Shown here in pieces: positions 1-12,096 of a stretch of 64,000 bases of DNA. The DNA comes from Octopus vulgaris (Eukaryota), in contig OX597837.1 of NCBI GenBank assembly GCA_951406725.2, positions 15,190,001 to 15,254,000 of the forward strand, given 5' to 3'. Every line of letters starts with the position of its first letter. Within the stretch, counting starts at the first letter, position 1. The notes under the pieces were generated by a model that worked only from the letters and a program-made list of their open reading frames with translations, made no database searches and had not been told where the DNA came from. The position numbers and the translations under genes were made by a program.

Positions 1-237
1 GGACAAAAGACTGGGCAGAGTTCTGGTGGTGACCCGCTTGGAATTTAAATCCTTCACAAGATTTCTTTCAAGTCCTGGCTTATTTATATAACTCTTGTAC
101 ATAATTGTTTGATTCTAGTTTAAATTCTTTTGTAATTGTTTGTCAGTAAATTTTGGGTGTTTGTTCTAAAATCTGTTCCTATTAAATTTCACCATAAAAA
201 AAGAAAATATATAAAGTTTATATAAATTTAATTTCAG

Positions 238-290
238 ATTCATTACCGATAGCATTTACAAAATGATGTTAACCAATGTGGACAAAACAG
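238..290 (+). CDS. EIF4G2: eIF4G2 (DAP5/NAT1/p97) internal coding exon, MA3 domain; earlier exons lie upstream of the window
   Basis: tttcAG acceptor and GTcagt donor; reads FITDSIYKMMLTNVDKT, aligning with human FLPEMLSKVIILSLDRS; phase fits the next exon. Confidence 0.75.
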
Positions 291-541
291 GTCAGTATTT
301 CTAATTGCATTTCTATAGATAATTACAATAATTATATTTATTGAAATTGTTGTAAGCAAGGGATTGCTGTAGAGAGTTATTGTACTTGAAACACGAGATT
401 GAATTGAGTACGAAGTTCCTCAGTTAGCTTTGGTGTTGTGCTTAGATCTGTAATTGAAGAGATTACAAGAGCAAATTTATCCTTTGGCTTGCAATCTTGG
501 TTGAATTACTGTTTAGGGTAAAAAGTAGGGAAATGTATGCT

Positions 542-960
542 TTAACTCATTAGCATTTAAGCCAGTGGTTTTCACTTGACCCTTGGGGGATTTTGCTGTT
601 AAATTTTGTGTGCACTTAGTTATACTTCTACACTGTACAAAATTTTTTTTTAATACAATTTTTAATATTTAATTATAAAAATTATACTTAATTATATAAT
701 TATAAAAAATTTTAAACATTGAATGTCTGTAAGGGTTCACCTGAGTAAAATAGGAATCAAAAAAGATCCATAGGTAAAAAAGGGTGGGGGTCGGGAACCA
801 CAGGTTTTTCTGGCTCTAATATTCTTTTAATTTTCAAACTAGCCATATCTGGCCTCTCACACCTACTCTACAATGTCGCTCAAAATATAAGCAATTGCAT
901 CATTGAAATCTTGATGCTATAAGATAGGTAATGCACAATTAGCTGAAAACAATGTAAACC
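542..960. mobile_element. Degenerate TTAA-ended (piggyBac-like) MITE interrupted by a second MITE
   Basis: Starts ttaactcattagcatttaa and resumes after 803 (ctggctctaatattc...ctcacacctactctacaatgtc); family assignment from recall only. Confidence 0.4.
563..803. mobile_element. hAT-like MITE (CAGTGGTT...AACCACTG-type ends)
   Basis: Imperfect TIRs cagtggtt / gaaccacag; related copies at 29507-30051 (reverse) and ~56901-57130 share aaataggaatc...aa. Confidence 0.55.
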
Positions 961-1047
961 AACGATAGTGTGGACATTGATAGGTTGGATATGCCTCCCT
1001 TGTTTAATGTTGTTTTAAAGGAAGTTTTTGTTTATTTTATTTTCCAG

Positions 1048-1127
1048 ATACCGAAAGAGAGAAAGTCATGAGTCTTGTAGTTGGCATGAAACCAGAAAAC
1101 CTTGTAACATCAGAAACTTTCATAGGA
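1048..1127 (+). CDS. EIF4G2: eIF4G2 coding exon (MA3)
   Basis: ttttccAG / GTaagt; (D)TEREKVMSLVVGMKPENLVTSETFIG resembles human DEDKEKASSLISLLKQEGIATSDNFMQ. Confidence 0.85.
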
Positions 1128-1508
1128 GTAAGTAAAGATTGATATTTTTAAAGCTGTTTAACGCTTACATTTATAAAATCATTATTACCACCATAAATTA
1201 AGGATGGTCGCTTCATAAAATGTCTAATTTTTATAGCTTGGGTTGCGTCATGCAGCTGATTTCTAAAAAAGAATGAAATGGTGCTATCCACTATTCCTAA
1301 TTTTAAATTCAAACTTCTAATCCTGCTAAATAGTATGAATAAACAATTATCTCCCTTGTACTTAATTCCCACTAGGGGACTTCACATGTTTGAAAGTTTC
1401 TAACATTTTAGCAAAAATGTCAAGAATTTGTCATTTTGTAAAAGAATGCTTTATTATTTTTTTTGTTTTTGTGCATCTGTTGATTGTATTTTGTGATGTC
1501 TGTTGTAG

Positions 1509-1767
1509 GCTTACCGCAGCCTGCTTGAAAAACTTCAAGAGCTGGAGACTGACGTTCCATTGATTAAATCCTATGTGGCCAGTTATGCAGCACATGCGAT
1601 AGGAGGGAATGTTATCAGCCTATCGGAGCTTGCTGAAGTTTTGGACAAAGGAGCCCACTATCCACTCTTCCTTATTTCTCTACAACAAATGCACAAGCAG
1701 AAGGACAAAGAATGGCTAGTGAATGTCTTCAATGAAAGTAAGATAAACCTGCAAGACATGTTACCTG
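1509..1767 (+). CDS. EIF4G2: eIF4G2 coding exon (MA3 C-terminal part)
   Basis: tgtAG / GTaagg; AYRSLLEKLQELETDVPLIKSYVASYAAHAI...GAHYPLFLISLQQMHKQKDKEWLVNVFNESKINLQDMLP, close to human DIPLVKSYLAQFAARAI...GTHFPLFLLCLQQL...SKVNMQKMLP. Confidence 0.95.
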
Positions 1768-2039
1768 GTAAGGCCAAACGATTTGGGGTCTTTCGCTTTT
1801 TTTCTTTTGTGGGTTGAAATTTTCAAAAATTCCCTGTTTTATCTCCTAAAAGTTTTAATTTAGATTTTTATATAATGAATCTATTTTATGATCATGAAAT
1901 TCATCATCATCCTCGTTTAACGTCCATTTTCCATGCTGGCATGGGTTGGACGAATTCATTATGATTAATGTGTAAATTCTTTTATACATTGAGATATTCA
2001 AAATAATTCAAGACAGAAAAGACAACCGTCTGAACCATA

Positions 2040-2072
<33 letters not shown>

Positions 2073-2267
2073 TCATGGTGCTTATACACTTTTGAACCCC
2101 GAGAGAGGTCACCATATTATGTTTGTTATAATAAAGTGTTCTGTGTATTGAGATGGCTGAGTGCACTTGGAATTTACTGAGTGTGTCTAGTATACAATCA
2201 GTTGTATGGTCTGCAATCCTCTCAGTGGCTCGTTTCTCTTTTTCTGTCTCGAATAGAATCTTATCTT

Positions 2268-2780
2268 CATCATCATCATTTAAACGTCTGCTTTCCATGC
2301 TAGCATGGGTTGGACGATTTTGACTGATGGCTGCACCAGGCTCCAATCTTGATCTGGCAGAGTTTTTACCGCAGGATGCCCTTCCTAATGCCAACCACTC
2401 CGAGAGTGCAGTGGGTACTTTTTATGTGCCACCGGCACGGGGGCCAGTCAAGCGGTACTGGCAATGACCTCTCTCGAATCTTTTTACACATGCCACTGGC
2501 ACAGGTGCCAGTAAGGCGACGTTGGTAACAATCACGCTCAAATGATGCCCTTTTACGTGCCACCGGCACGGAAGCCAGTTGGCTGCTCTGGCAACGATCA
2601 TGCTCAGATGGTGCTCTTATTACCCAACTAGCACGGGCACCAGTGCCAGTAAAGCGATGCTGGTAACGATCACACTCGAATGGTGCCTTTTATGTGCCAC
2701 TGGCACGGAAGCCGGTTAGCTGCTCTGTCAACAATCACACTCGTATGGTGCTCTTTGCACCCCGCTAGCACGGATGCCAT
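2268..2780 (-). mobile_element. SINE-like repeat with internal gtgccac(c/t)ggcac subrepeats and (CAT)n tail
   Basis: catcatcat...tttccatgctagcatgggttggacg terminus also at 1902-1953; opposite-orientation copy at 4620-4860; fragments near 5370-5445 and 5815-5910. Confidence 0.7.
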
Positions 2781-2972
2781 AATCTTTGATATTTAATATT
2801 TTACATTTCAAATAGGTTCTAGTTCATTTATTGCGGACAATGGTTCATTAAGAGGCCTAGTTTGAAGAATTTTATTTTATTTGGCTCTCTCTGAAATGAG
2901 AATTAAACTTATGGTGATGTTGTGTACTTTTGACTTCAGTTGCTCTTTTTTCTTCTTCCTCTCTCAACCCAG

Positions 2973-3177
2973 AAATCGACCAGAGTAAAGAGAAAATGAT
3001 GGAGATTTTAGAAGACAGGGGTCTTAGCTTTCTATTTCCTCTTCTCCGTATTCAATCTGAACTTTGGAAACAAATCCAGACTGACCCCAGTGCCACAGCA
3101 ATTTTTAAATGGATCAAGGACAAAGTGCAGAATGATTTGCACCAAAGCCCTGGTTTTGTTAATATTCTTACCACAAG
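2973..3177 (+). CDS. EIF4G2: eIF4G2 coding exon (MA3-W2 junction)
   Basis: Polypyrimidine tract + ccAG / GTtaga; EIDQSKEKMMEILEDRGLSFLFPLLRIQSELWKQIQTDPSATAIFKWIKD...GFVNILTT. Confidence 0.95.
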
Positions 3178-3285
3178 GTTAGAAGACATTGTTTTAATAT
3201 CTCTTTTTTTTTTTTTTTTACATTTCTATTTAAAATACACCTAGAGTCTTTCTCACAAGGTGATCTTGTTCCACAATTGTCACAG

Positions 3286-3405
3286 GCATAGTTGTGTGGT
3301 TAACAAGCTCACTTTGCAACCTTATAGTCTTGGGGTTCAGTACTTGCTGTGTGGGCTGATCGATTCTTGTGAGTGAATTTTGGTAGCGCGAAACTGAAAG
3401 TTTCT
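3286..3405 (+). mobile_element. tRNA-derived SINE family A (ggctgtgtggtaagaagcttgct...ccttgtgagtggatttggtagacggaaactgaaagaagc), degenerate copy
   Basis: Matches better-preserved copies at 30935, 43336 and 44435; reverse copies near 4370-4525, 5600-5700, 6030-6177, 16620-16700, 22175-22345 and 37300-37465. Confidence 0.6.
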
Positions 3406-3865
3406 GTGTGTGTGTGTGTATGCATCAGTTTGTTTACATTTCAGTAAATGGTTTGGCACAAAGTGACTGCTAGAATATGTATCAGACAGAGAGTAAGTCC
3501 TGAACCCCTAAAGGCAGTGTTCCAGTGACAAATAAAAGAATAATAAAATAATGATTGAAAATGTTGCAGTGTTTCACATGAATTTAATACAAAATCTTTC
3601 CCTTCAGTCTTTGTGAACAAATTATTTGGTTGCTAACGGTTAATGATTTTTCTTCCAATTATTCCCTATAGAGAATATTAAAAAAAACTTAATCTCGTTG
3701 TCTTCTGTAATCTTACTTTGTACAGTAATTTCAGATAAAATTAATAATTGCTATTTGAAAGCAGCTTTTCTCTCTCTCCTTTCTTTAAAATTGTTGCTAT
3801 TGATTTGATGTTTTGTAAATGTTTCCAAATCTATTTACAATATTTTTTAATTCTTTTCTATTCAG

Positions 3866-3977
3866 CATTCTCAAATATATTACAAAGGCATCAACATTAT
3901 TGGAAAATTGCGACCCCAGTATACCACCAGAAAAACATTTGGTTGAGAAAGAAAAGGATATGTTGGATAAACTAAAA
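3866..3977 (+). CDS. EIF4G2: eIF4G2 coding exon (W2)
   Basis: ttcAG / GTaaga; (S)ILKYITKASTLLENCDPSIPPEKHLVEKEKDMLDKLK; phases match both neighbours. Confidence 0.9.
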
Positions 3978-4619
3978 GTAAGATTTCTCTTCTTTTTGTT
4001 TTCTCCAATTGTATTATGTGTGTATATATATATATACACATATATATATATACATATATATATATATGATAGTGAATGTCTGGGTTAAGAAACTCTGAGG
4101 TTATTTATTATATTTATCATCCTTGTTTTACCTTACTGATGTGATTGAAACAATTTTTCTAAAAGCCAGCTGCTTTTTTGCTCACCGACCATCACTTGTT
4201 TCCAAATAAGGTGCCATTCCTTCTTTCAAATGATGAAATTACTCAATGACCAGACCTGTTTTTTTTTTTTGTGGTTGATGTAAACAATGACATCAAGATG
4301 TGGAGAAGACACAAACATTTGCTGACCTGCATTTGTGTGCGTGAAGCAAGAAAAGCACATGCATCCGATGGCTTTCTGTTCAGTTTTTGTCTACCAGCTT
4401 TACTCATAACCTAATGGTCAGAGGCCACGGCAGAAGGCACTTGACCATGGTACCATGCAGTGAGAACAAACCTTAAAGCATTTGGTTGCAATGCAGACTT
4501 CTTCTAAACCAAAATGGCCATGTCTGCACATCCACTGTTGTTGATGTCAGTTTCCTTGTTTTAATGTAATTAGCATAGTTTTAATGAGTTGTAATTCACT
4601 TTTCCCTTTCTTATATGAG

Positions 4620-4920
4620 GAGACCTATTAAGTCAAGTACATCAACATCAAAATAAATATCAAATGGAAATTGTAGTTGTGATACCTGTGCCAGTGGCAC
4701 GTAAAAAGCACCATCCGAACATGGCCGATGCCAGCGCCACCTTGACTGGCTTATGTGCCAGTGGCATGTAAAAAGCACCCACTACACTCACGGAGTGGTT
4801 GGCGTTATGAAGGGCATCCAGCTGCAGAAACATTGCCAGATCAGACTGGAGCCTGGTGCATCTTTTTACGTGCCACCGGCACAGGTATCACAACTACAAT
4901 TTCCATTTGATATTTATTTT
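4620..4920 (+). mobile_element. Same SINE-like family, with a fold-back (inverted) end
   Basis: 4730-4860 is the reverse complement of ~2332-2462; 4650-4707 is inverted at 4863-4920. Confidence 0.7.
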
Positions 4921-5145
4921 TTTAATTTCGTTTAATTAGCTCTAGTATCAGTGAGGGCAGTGCAAACATTAGAATGATGAACTCTAGTTTTTGTTCTCAT
5001 TTCAAAATCCTGTCAAGAGAGAGGAAAATAAGATATTGGAAATATTTCCAGATCAAGCAATAAACTCAGTATCGTTTAATGTTTCTGAAATGTATTTTAC
5101 TCATGGAAATAAACTAAATCGTTGTTGTCCCTTTTTTTTTTGCAG

Positions 5146-5242
5146 GTTGTCCTTCAGCAATTTCTTCATGACCACATAGACCTTCAAGTTGTTGCCCTAT
5201 ATGCATCTCAGGTGTTTTGTTATAACAACCAGTTTCCCAAAA
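5146..5242 (+). CDS. EIF4G2: eIF4G2 coding exon (W2)
   Basis: ttttgcAG / GTaagt; VVLQQFLHDHIDLQVVALYASQVFCYNNQFPK versus human PVMQKFLHDHVDLQVSALYALQVHCYNSNFPK. Confidence 0.95.
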
Positions 5243-6286
5243 GTAAGTCATTCGTTACAGTTTGTTCCGTGTTTGATGTAAAGTTGATTTTTAGCCGTAC
5301 AAGAGTCTAAATGTTGATATTTTCAAGGTTTTATTTTGTTTTGGGGTTTTGTCTATTTTATCATCACCTCTACTTTTTCATGCTTGCATGGGTCAGAGGG
5401 GAATGTTTGGAAAGATCCCCTTCCTATAGCTAACTCCCACCTGTAACCAAGGGAAGTGATCACGCAACACATTGAAGCCTGTCAGGAAGCCTGGAAATAC
5501 TTTTATAGTGGACTTCAAACAAATGATGCTGTAGTAAAGCCATTGGTTATAAACCATTGAGCAAAAGCTGGAGACAATGGATTTCTTTTTGTTAAATGTC
5601 TCGCAAATCCACTCAAGGCTTTGGTCAGCCTAAGGCTATATGAAACACTCGCCCTAGGTGCCTTGAGGCTGAGAAGCAAACTCTTCAACCAATGCCAGTG
5701 ATTACTTCGTTAAAAGTGACAGACTGGCACCCTGCCCTGGGCTAAATATGTATATATATGCACCATGGAAACCAAGAAACCTGCCCTGTGAGTCTATATG
5801 ACCTGGGGAAGGATCCATCCATGCTTGCATGGGTCAGAAAGAATTTCTTGTGGCAGGTTTTCTATGGCCTGATGCCTTTCTTGTTGCTAACCGTTGCTTT
5901 GTTTGCAAGTAAGGTGATATTTCTCCATAGCCAGACACGATTCCAAAGAATATTGGAAGAGAGTGACATTTATGACAATCATGCAATGTCAAGACACATA
6001 CAAACACACACACACACGTATATGTGACGTATTCTTATCAGTTTCTGTTTACTAAATCCACCCAAGGCTTTGGTCGTCCCAGGGCTATAATAGAAGACAC
6101 TTACCTAAGGTGTCAGGCAATAGGGCTGAACCTGGAACCATGTTGTTGGGAAGCCAACTTCTCAGCCACGCAGGCACTTGCAGAAATTAAGAAATATTGA
6201 ACTCAAAGAAGAAATCAATATGGGGAGTGATTTCTGTGAGTTGTTTTTTTTCTTTTCTTTTCTTATTCTCTTTGTTTTTCTTGCAG

Positions 6287-6408
6287 ATATGTTACGGCGA
6301 TTCTTTATGCATTTCTACGATATGGAGATTATTGAAGAGGAAGCATTCCTAAAATGGAAGGAAGATATCAATGATGAATACCCTGGCAAAGGAAAGGCCC
6401 TCTTTCAG
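6287..6408 (+). CDS. EIF4G2: eIF4G2 coding exon (W2 AA-boxes)
   Basis: ttgcAG / GTaatt; MLRRFFMHFYDMEIIEEEAFLKWKEDINDEYPGKGKALFQ. Confidence 0.97.
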
Positions 6409-6555
6409 GTAATTAACTAATTAACTCAACCTTTTGTTCTTTTTTCGTTTTAAACTCTTTTGGGGTCATTTTGGCATTTGCTTTGTTTTTCTGGAGCTTA
6501 CAATTTTTTTTTGTCTTTTTCGTTCTTTCTCTTTAATTTTGTTGTTCTCTTGTAG

Positions 6556-6621
6556 GTCAATCAGTGGCTGACATGGTTGGAACAAGCTGAAGAAGAATCT
6601 GAAGATGATGATGATGATTAA
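6556..6621 (+). CDS. EIF4G2: eIF4G2 terminal coding exon
   Basis: ttgtAG acceptor; VNQWLTWLEQAEEESEDDDDD then TAA at 6619-6621; typical eIF4G acidic C-terminus. Confidence 0.97.
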   Translation, partial: VNQWLTWLEQAEEESEDDDDD

Positions 6622-7803
6622 GCCGAGTGGACATTAGCTGCTGACGAAGTAGACCTGATGACTTGAGAAATAGTCCCTATTCAACACAGTCTCCTTTACT
6701 ACCAACTGGACAAAACAAAAAAACAAAAAACAAAAAAACCCCACAAAAACAAAAAAAAAAAATGAAAGACCTCACCCCCAGTGGAATCTAATGTCAACGT
6801 GTGTGTGTTTGTGTGTGTGTGTGCGTATGAGTGCATGTGTTTGTGTGTATGTATGTATGTGTGTGCGTGTGTATGTCTAATGTGCTCCTTGCACGTTGTA
6901 GGTGGCTGTGTGCGGAGAAGACAGAAGAAGAAGCAATTGTGGCTTGGTTCAATTCCATCGTTGGAGACGAGTGACAAAGATGACCGCTGGGGCCAAAAAA
7001 TCTACGATATGGATATAAATATGCATACACATTGGACTGCTATCAGAACTAGTGTTTCTCTCTCTCCCCCCCCCCCTCCCGTATTCAATTCACACAAACT
7101 TGTCTGCTTCGGTAGACACTGGTAAACATTCAGTTACTAATTTCAGTTACTTTTAGAAGTTTTTTCTTTTCTTTTTTTTCTGTTTGTTTTTATTAATTTA
7201 AAAAGCAAAATAAGGAAAAACAAAACACCAACAATTTTTTTTTTCATTACTTCTACTACCACCACCACCACTACTACAACTACTACTACTACTCTTCCTC
7301 CTCCTCTTTATTATTTTATTTATTTTTCTCTATTTATTTGTTGTTCTTGCCCTTGCTTCTCTTTTTACGGTGTGGGCTCTCTTCTGTTTTGTGGCCACTA
7401 TGTATGGCTGCTGTCTATTGGTCATTACAGCTGTGCGACAGTTCCAAACCCAATCCATTTTTTTTTTTTCCAAACACTCAGAGCAACTCAGCCACTAGTA
7501 CTTTGGACATTGTTGTTTAGTAGTACTGAGCTATGATTTTTGAAAGAAAGGAAAAAAAAAAAAAGAAAAAGAAAAGGTAAAAAAGAGACAAAAAAAATAA
7601 GATATTGAAAAAAAAAACAAACAAAAACAACAAATAGATAAGAATAATAAAATTTTAAAAAAGCTTACAAAAATGGGAAAAATAAAATCTTATCAACAAA
7701 AATAACTTGTATTTAAACTGAAAAAACTTTTTATTTTATTTTTTTAACTTATTTTTCTTATTGCTCATTGTCTTCTCCTTGCTTTGTTTTGTGTTTAGGC
7801 ATT

Positions 7804-7861
<58 letters not shown>

Positions 7862-9150
7862 ATAAGGTTTCTATAATTGTTTTGCTTCAGCGTGAGAAAG
7901 ATTAGTAAGCAGTTTTTATTTTTGGATTAAAGTGTTTCTGTTTTTTTTTTTTTAAACTTGTTTGAAATTAAAGGATTTCAAAAGAAACTGTAAAACAAGT
8001 GGAAGAAAAAAAAACAAAAGAATTACCACAAATTATGCATATTTTCAACCTTACTTTTTGTCTAGTCATTTTCTGGGAGATATCAGTTATTTTAATTTTA
8101 TTTTTCTCCACCTCCTCTTCTCATCTCTAAAAGAAATCCCTCACCCCTTTCTATGTGTCCCTTTAATGCTTCTTTCATCTGTTAGTAGAGATCCCAAATG
8201 AGTATTTGAAATTATTTTGGTATTTTACTTAATATAGACTTCCCTCTCTCTCTCTCTCTCTCTCCCCTAAGTTCCATCTCATATTATTTTCCTCTCCGTT
8301 GTGATTATACAACATTTTACTCCGATGCTCACCTGTCAAGTACCAGAGCAGTATTCTAATTTAATTAACTGACGAATCAACCAGAGTTTTTGGGTTTATT
8401 TTTTAATTAACTTCCTGGTGATAGGTTGTGTCTTCTTTCTTCCATTCACACATCCAGAATGGATTGATTTACGATAAGTAGAAAAACCTTTGATGCTCAT
8501 TAAATTTTTCTTCGTTTTCCTTCCTTAATTGCCAGTGGTGCTTCTGCCTAATCCATTCCGATAGAGTTGGATCTTGCATTTTTACTGCTGGCTCATGTTA
8601 ATCCCTTTCAACTTTTTAACTGAAAAACTTGATTCTCTACCAGTGAACACAGTTTGTCCAAAATTCCGACTTTGGCAGTAAAACTTGTCTTTCCATTTTC
8701 TAGTGTTCTGCTGATGGGAAGTTCACTTTTATCCTATCATTTTTTTTTTAAATTCCAGGAAAAAAAAAATGATTGTTAAACTAAATAACGAAGGACTTGG
8801 AGAGTGGGCTGGGATTATGAGTTCATGCAGTGTGTATGTGCGAGTGAATTAATTTTTCTAAATTCTCATTCATATATGAATTCTCATCTTCCTATTAAAA
8901 TATCTTGATAGTTTGATAAAATTTCTCTATTTTTTTCCTCCCCTATTTTAAAACCATTTTTTTTTCTTAGATATGGTCACAGAGAAAAGAAAGAAAAAAA
9001 CAATACAACAAAAAAACTTCCACTCATTCTTTATCCCAATGTTGCCCTTCTCTCTACCTTTTTAGAAAACCAAATGAGCAAATTTTAAAAATAATGAACA
9101 ATTGTAAAATTGAACTCGTGTTAAGGAATAAAAATCATGACACAGCTGTA
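6622..9150 (+). other. EIF4G2: Probable long eIF4G2 3'UTR ending near a polyadenylation signal
   Basis: A/U-rich stretch free of recognisable transposons after the stop; AATAAA at 9127-9132 followed by a GT/T-rich downstream element (tgtatttgtgcctctttttctgtgt). Other AATAAA motifs exist, so the end is uncertain. Confidence 0.5.
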
Positions 9151-10829
9151 TTTGTGCCTCTTTTTCTGTGTACGAGAGACTTAATGATGCTCCCCCTGTT
9201 TGGGGGAGAAAAACACCAACCATACAGAGTGGACTCTAATTACTGACTTCTATAATTAGCTCCTGTAATAATAACATTTAATTTGATTTTGTGTGTGCTA
9301 AGCTCATGAAATTCACATTAATTTTAAAATTCGATTTTAATAATTATTCTTTAAAATGTTAGCCTATATTTATATTCAAATTTTATTTTATTTGACATTT
9401 CCTGTATCTTAAAGGTAGTTTAAATTTTTGTCATTGTAATAACCTTTATTACTCTCATTTTAAATTTTGATGAATCCAAATGAAGTTTTATATATTTTTA
9501 CTCAACTTTATTTTAATAAAAGGTAGTTGTAACTGAACTGGATTCTCTATGCTATCTAATCCAACTCCTTTGAGGACAGATTCTGCAAGACACTTAGTGC
9601 AAGTCAATCTTTAATCAATCTAATACAGGCTAGACCAAAAGTTGTGCTGCCATCGAATATATTTTATGTGTGTGTATATATATAATCTGTGTGTGTGTGT
9701 GTGTGGCTGTGTCTTTTGACCGAGTCTGAATGATTTACTCCACTATGTCTTCCCTTAAGGAAATTAATTGACCATATGCCTTGACATGAAAAGAAATTCT
9801 TTTGATACTTGCTTTTCTGCTCAGCCAAGTTTATCAGTTAACATCCAGTTCCCATGGCCGCTTAGGGTAGGCGATTTGACAGGATCCACCAGCTGCAGAG
9901 CCATGTCTAGCTTCAACATTAATTTGGCAGGTTTCCTTCGACTGGATACCCTCTCCGTTATCAACCACCGGGTGCTGTTTTTCTTTTTTCTTCCTGTGAC
10001 ACGAGTGCTGGTGAGGTTGCCAAGCAGCTTGAAAGAAAAGGCCAGCAAGAAGCCTCCTTTCATTGAAAGGATGAGGTAGGGGTTAATATTTGAGTGGAGG
10101 AAGAGCAATGGTTCTATGCTGGGTGTTGAGGGGCTGCAAATGTGATGGAGAGACAATCCCCAAATGCCTTGGTATGGAGGAAGTACAAGACTACCCAGAA
10201 TTACATAAAGGTGGATGAGAGATGCTGGTGGGATACCAGAACATCTCAATCATGAAGGTGGGTAGAAACACTGGACCAAGGAATGGGTCACGAGAGTATG
10301 AGGGGGGGATGGGTAGTGGGTAGAAATGTGGGTGAGAGATACAGAAACGGCTTGAGAATAAATACCGATGTGCAAGCAAGGGGTAGGAGCAGTGGGGAGG
10401 GAAATATAGGGGTACATAGGGTAGATATAAGTAGAACAAGGGGGGCAGAGAGAATGATTGCAGATAAACATTATGAAGAACAGGGGACTTGATAGAAAGG
10501 GATTTTATTATTTTTTTGATACTTGCAATTAATCCCAAATCTTTTTATAGTGTTGATAAAGTTGTTTTACGAATAAAATCTTCATTTTACCCAATTCTTC
10601 TTCCACTCATCTTCAGGATTAAGAAAAGGCATTTAACAGAAATAAGGTAGTTTCAGTAATTTAAGATTTTCTTTTTTCAGTTTTGTGTGAGGTAAGTTAT
10701 AGAAAGAAAAAAAATCTTATTTTAGTTCTGAGTATTAAGTTCATGGTGTGTTGGGATGGCCGTTTACATTGAGCACTTTCTAAATATCACCTTAGCTATG
10801 GGTATGTGTGTATATAATAAATATATATA

Positions 10830-11045
10830 GGGGAGGGGGGTGCTGAAAAGTTCCTGCCTTTAAGAGTATCACAAAAGACCTAGTTGAAGGCCCAACCTTC
10901 TGAGTGTTTTTACAGGGCTTAGAAAGACTGAAGGACCACTGCAATAAGTGTGTGAATCTGAGAGGGGAACAGGTTGAATAAAATCATAACTGATCCTCCT
11001 GTATTTTATTTTACCCAAAGCCAGGGATTTTTCAACACCCCCTCC
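10830..11045 (+). mobile_element. Mariner-derived MITE
   Basis: TIRs gaggggggtgctgaaaagttcctg / cagggatttttcaacaccccctc in (TA)n; retains transposase C-terminus LQGLERLKDHCNKCVNLRGEQVE*. Confidence 0.8.
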
Positions 11046-11065
11046 TTTATATATATATATATATA

Positions 11066-11407
11066 GATTATATCCGTTCAGCTAAAGCAGTGGTTCACAA
11101 AGTGAACAATTAAATTAATTTAACAATTAAGGAAACAAAAACGAAAGGCTAAAATTTAGGGTTAGGGTTAGTGACAGGATGTTGTCTCAGTTTTAGACGC
11201 AGCAAATGATTTTAGCTCAATAGAGGCCATAGGATTGGTTAAAATTCGAAAAATTAAGATACGTTAAACTTACAAATTACAATTTTCTCAAGAAAGCCAA
11301 GAGAAAAAAATGTTTTATTTTGACACATTCTACCAGTATACGAAGTTTAAAAGTGTTTAGTTAACTAGAAATTGTGTTGAAAACTGCCGTTCAAAAGGAA
11401 AAGATCC
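11066..11407. mobile_element. Dispersed non-autonomous repeat containing an internal (TTAGGG)-like motif
   Basis: Second copy at ~27870-28077 (ttagacgcag...ttggttaaaattcgaa...gacacattctaccagtatacgaagttt...aaaagatcc). Confidence 0.65.
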
Positions 11408-11602
11408 CGATTATCATTTGTAATGTTCATCATCTTGGTCTTCTTCCCACCGATTCTCAGATCAATCTTTCAAACATTCATTTCTAGTTCTCATGTGAAC
11501 CGTTGTAGGTCTTTATAATTTTCAGCGATTAAGCGATGTCAGCAGCCAAGTCCAGGTCTTTCAGTCTCGTCTACTGCTTCCGTACTATTCCCCCATCAGA
11601 TA

Positions 11603-12096
11603 CCGTAAATCCTCAAGTATAATCTGCACTTTTTCCCCAAAAATTTAAAGGTCAAAATCCCCAGTGCATACTATATACGAGGTTAAAAATGAAAAATATT
11701 TTCTAAGCAATGTCCAAGTCTCTATTTGCTGTCCGGCAATGTTTATTCAGACGCATTTTCTGATGTCGGGCGAGAAAAATACCTTAAGCTAAGTCTGAAA
11801 GCAATGAAGTCATAAAAGAATCATCCATGACTTGCAGTAAGCAACATTTATTAAACGTTATTACTGTTATTTCTTTATTTTCTGCAAACAAAATTCACAA
11901 AAACGCTACACGTTTGCATTATGTTATATATACAATAATAATAAAGGACGTTACCATATACATTTTTACAAACCAAGGACTCAAGTTAGAGAAGGGGTGC
12001 GTATTATACACAAGGTTTAGGTTTTTCAGAAGCACAGCCCCCTAAAAATCCCCTACGTATTATACCCAAGGGCGGACTATACTCGAGGATTTACGG
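11603..12096. mobile_element. Tc2/pogo-like MITE with TA target duplication
   Basis: TA-ccgtaaatcctcaagtataatctgc ... gcggactatactcgaggatttacgg-TA; ~25-bp TIRs. Confidence 0.85.

Noticed and set aside
6641-6680. ctgacga / ctgatga...gaaa just after the eIF4G2 stop, as a hammerhead
   Set aside because: Stems I-III cannot be formed with correct spacing
8811-8822. gattatgag resembling the SNORD97 tRNA-Met guide
   Set aside because: Lies in the 3'UTR with no adjacent box D
9768-10538. Cluster of 70-140 aa ORFs
   Set aside because: No recognisable domain or exon chain; probably a decayed retroelement that I cannot classify
11156-11171. TTAGGG repeats as telomere or interstitial telomere
   Set aside because: Only about 2.5 units, embedded in a dispersed repeat
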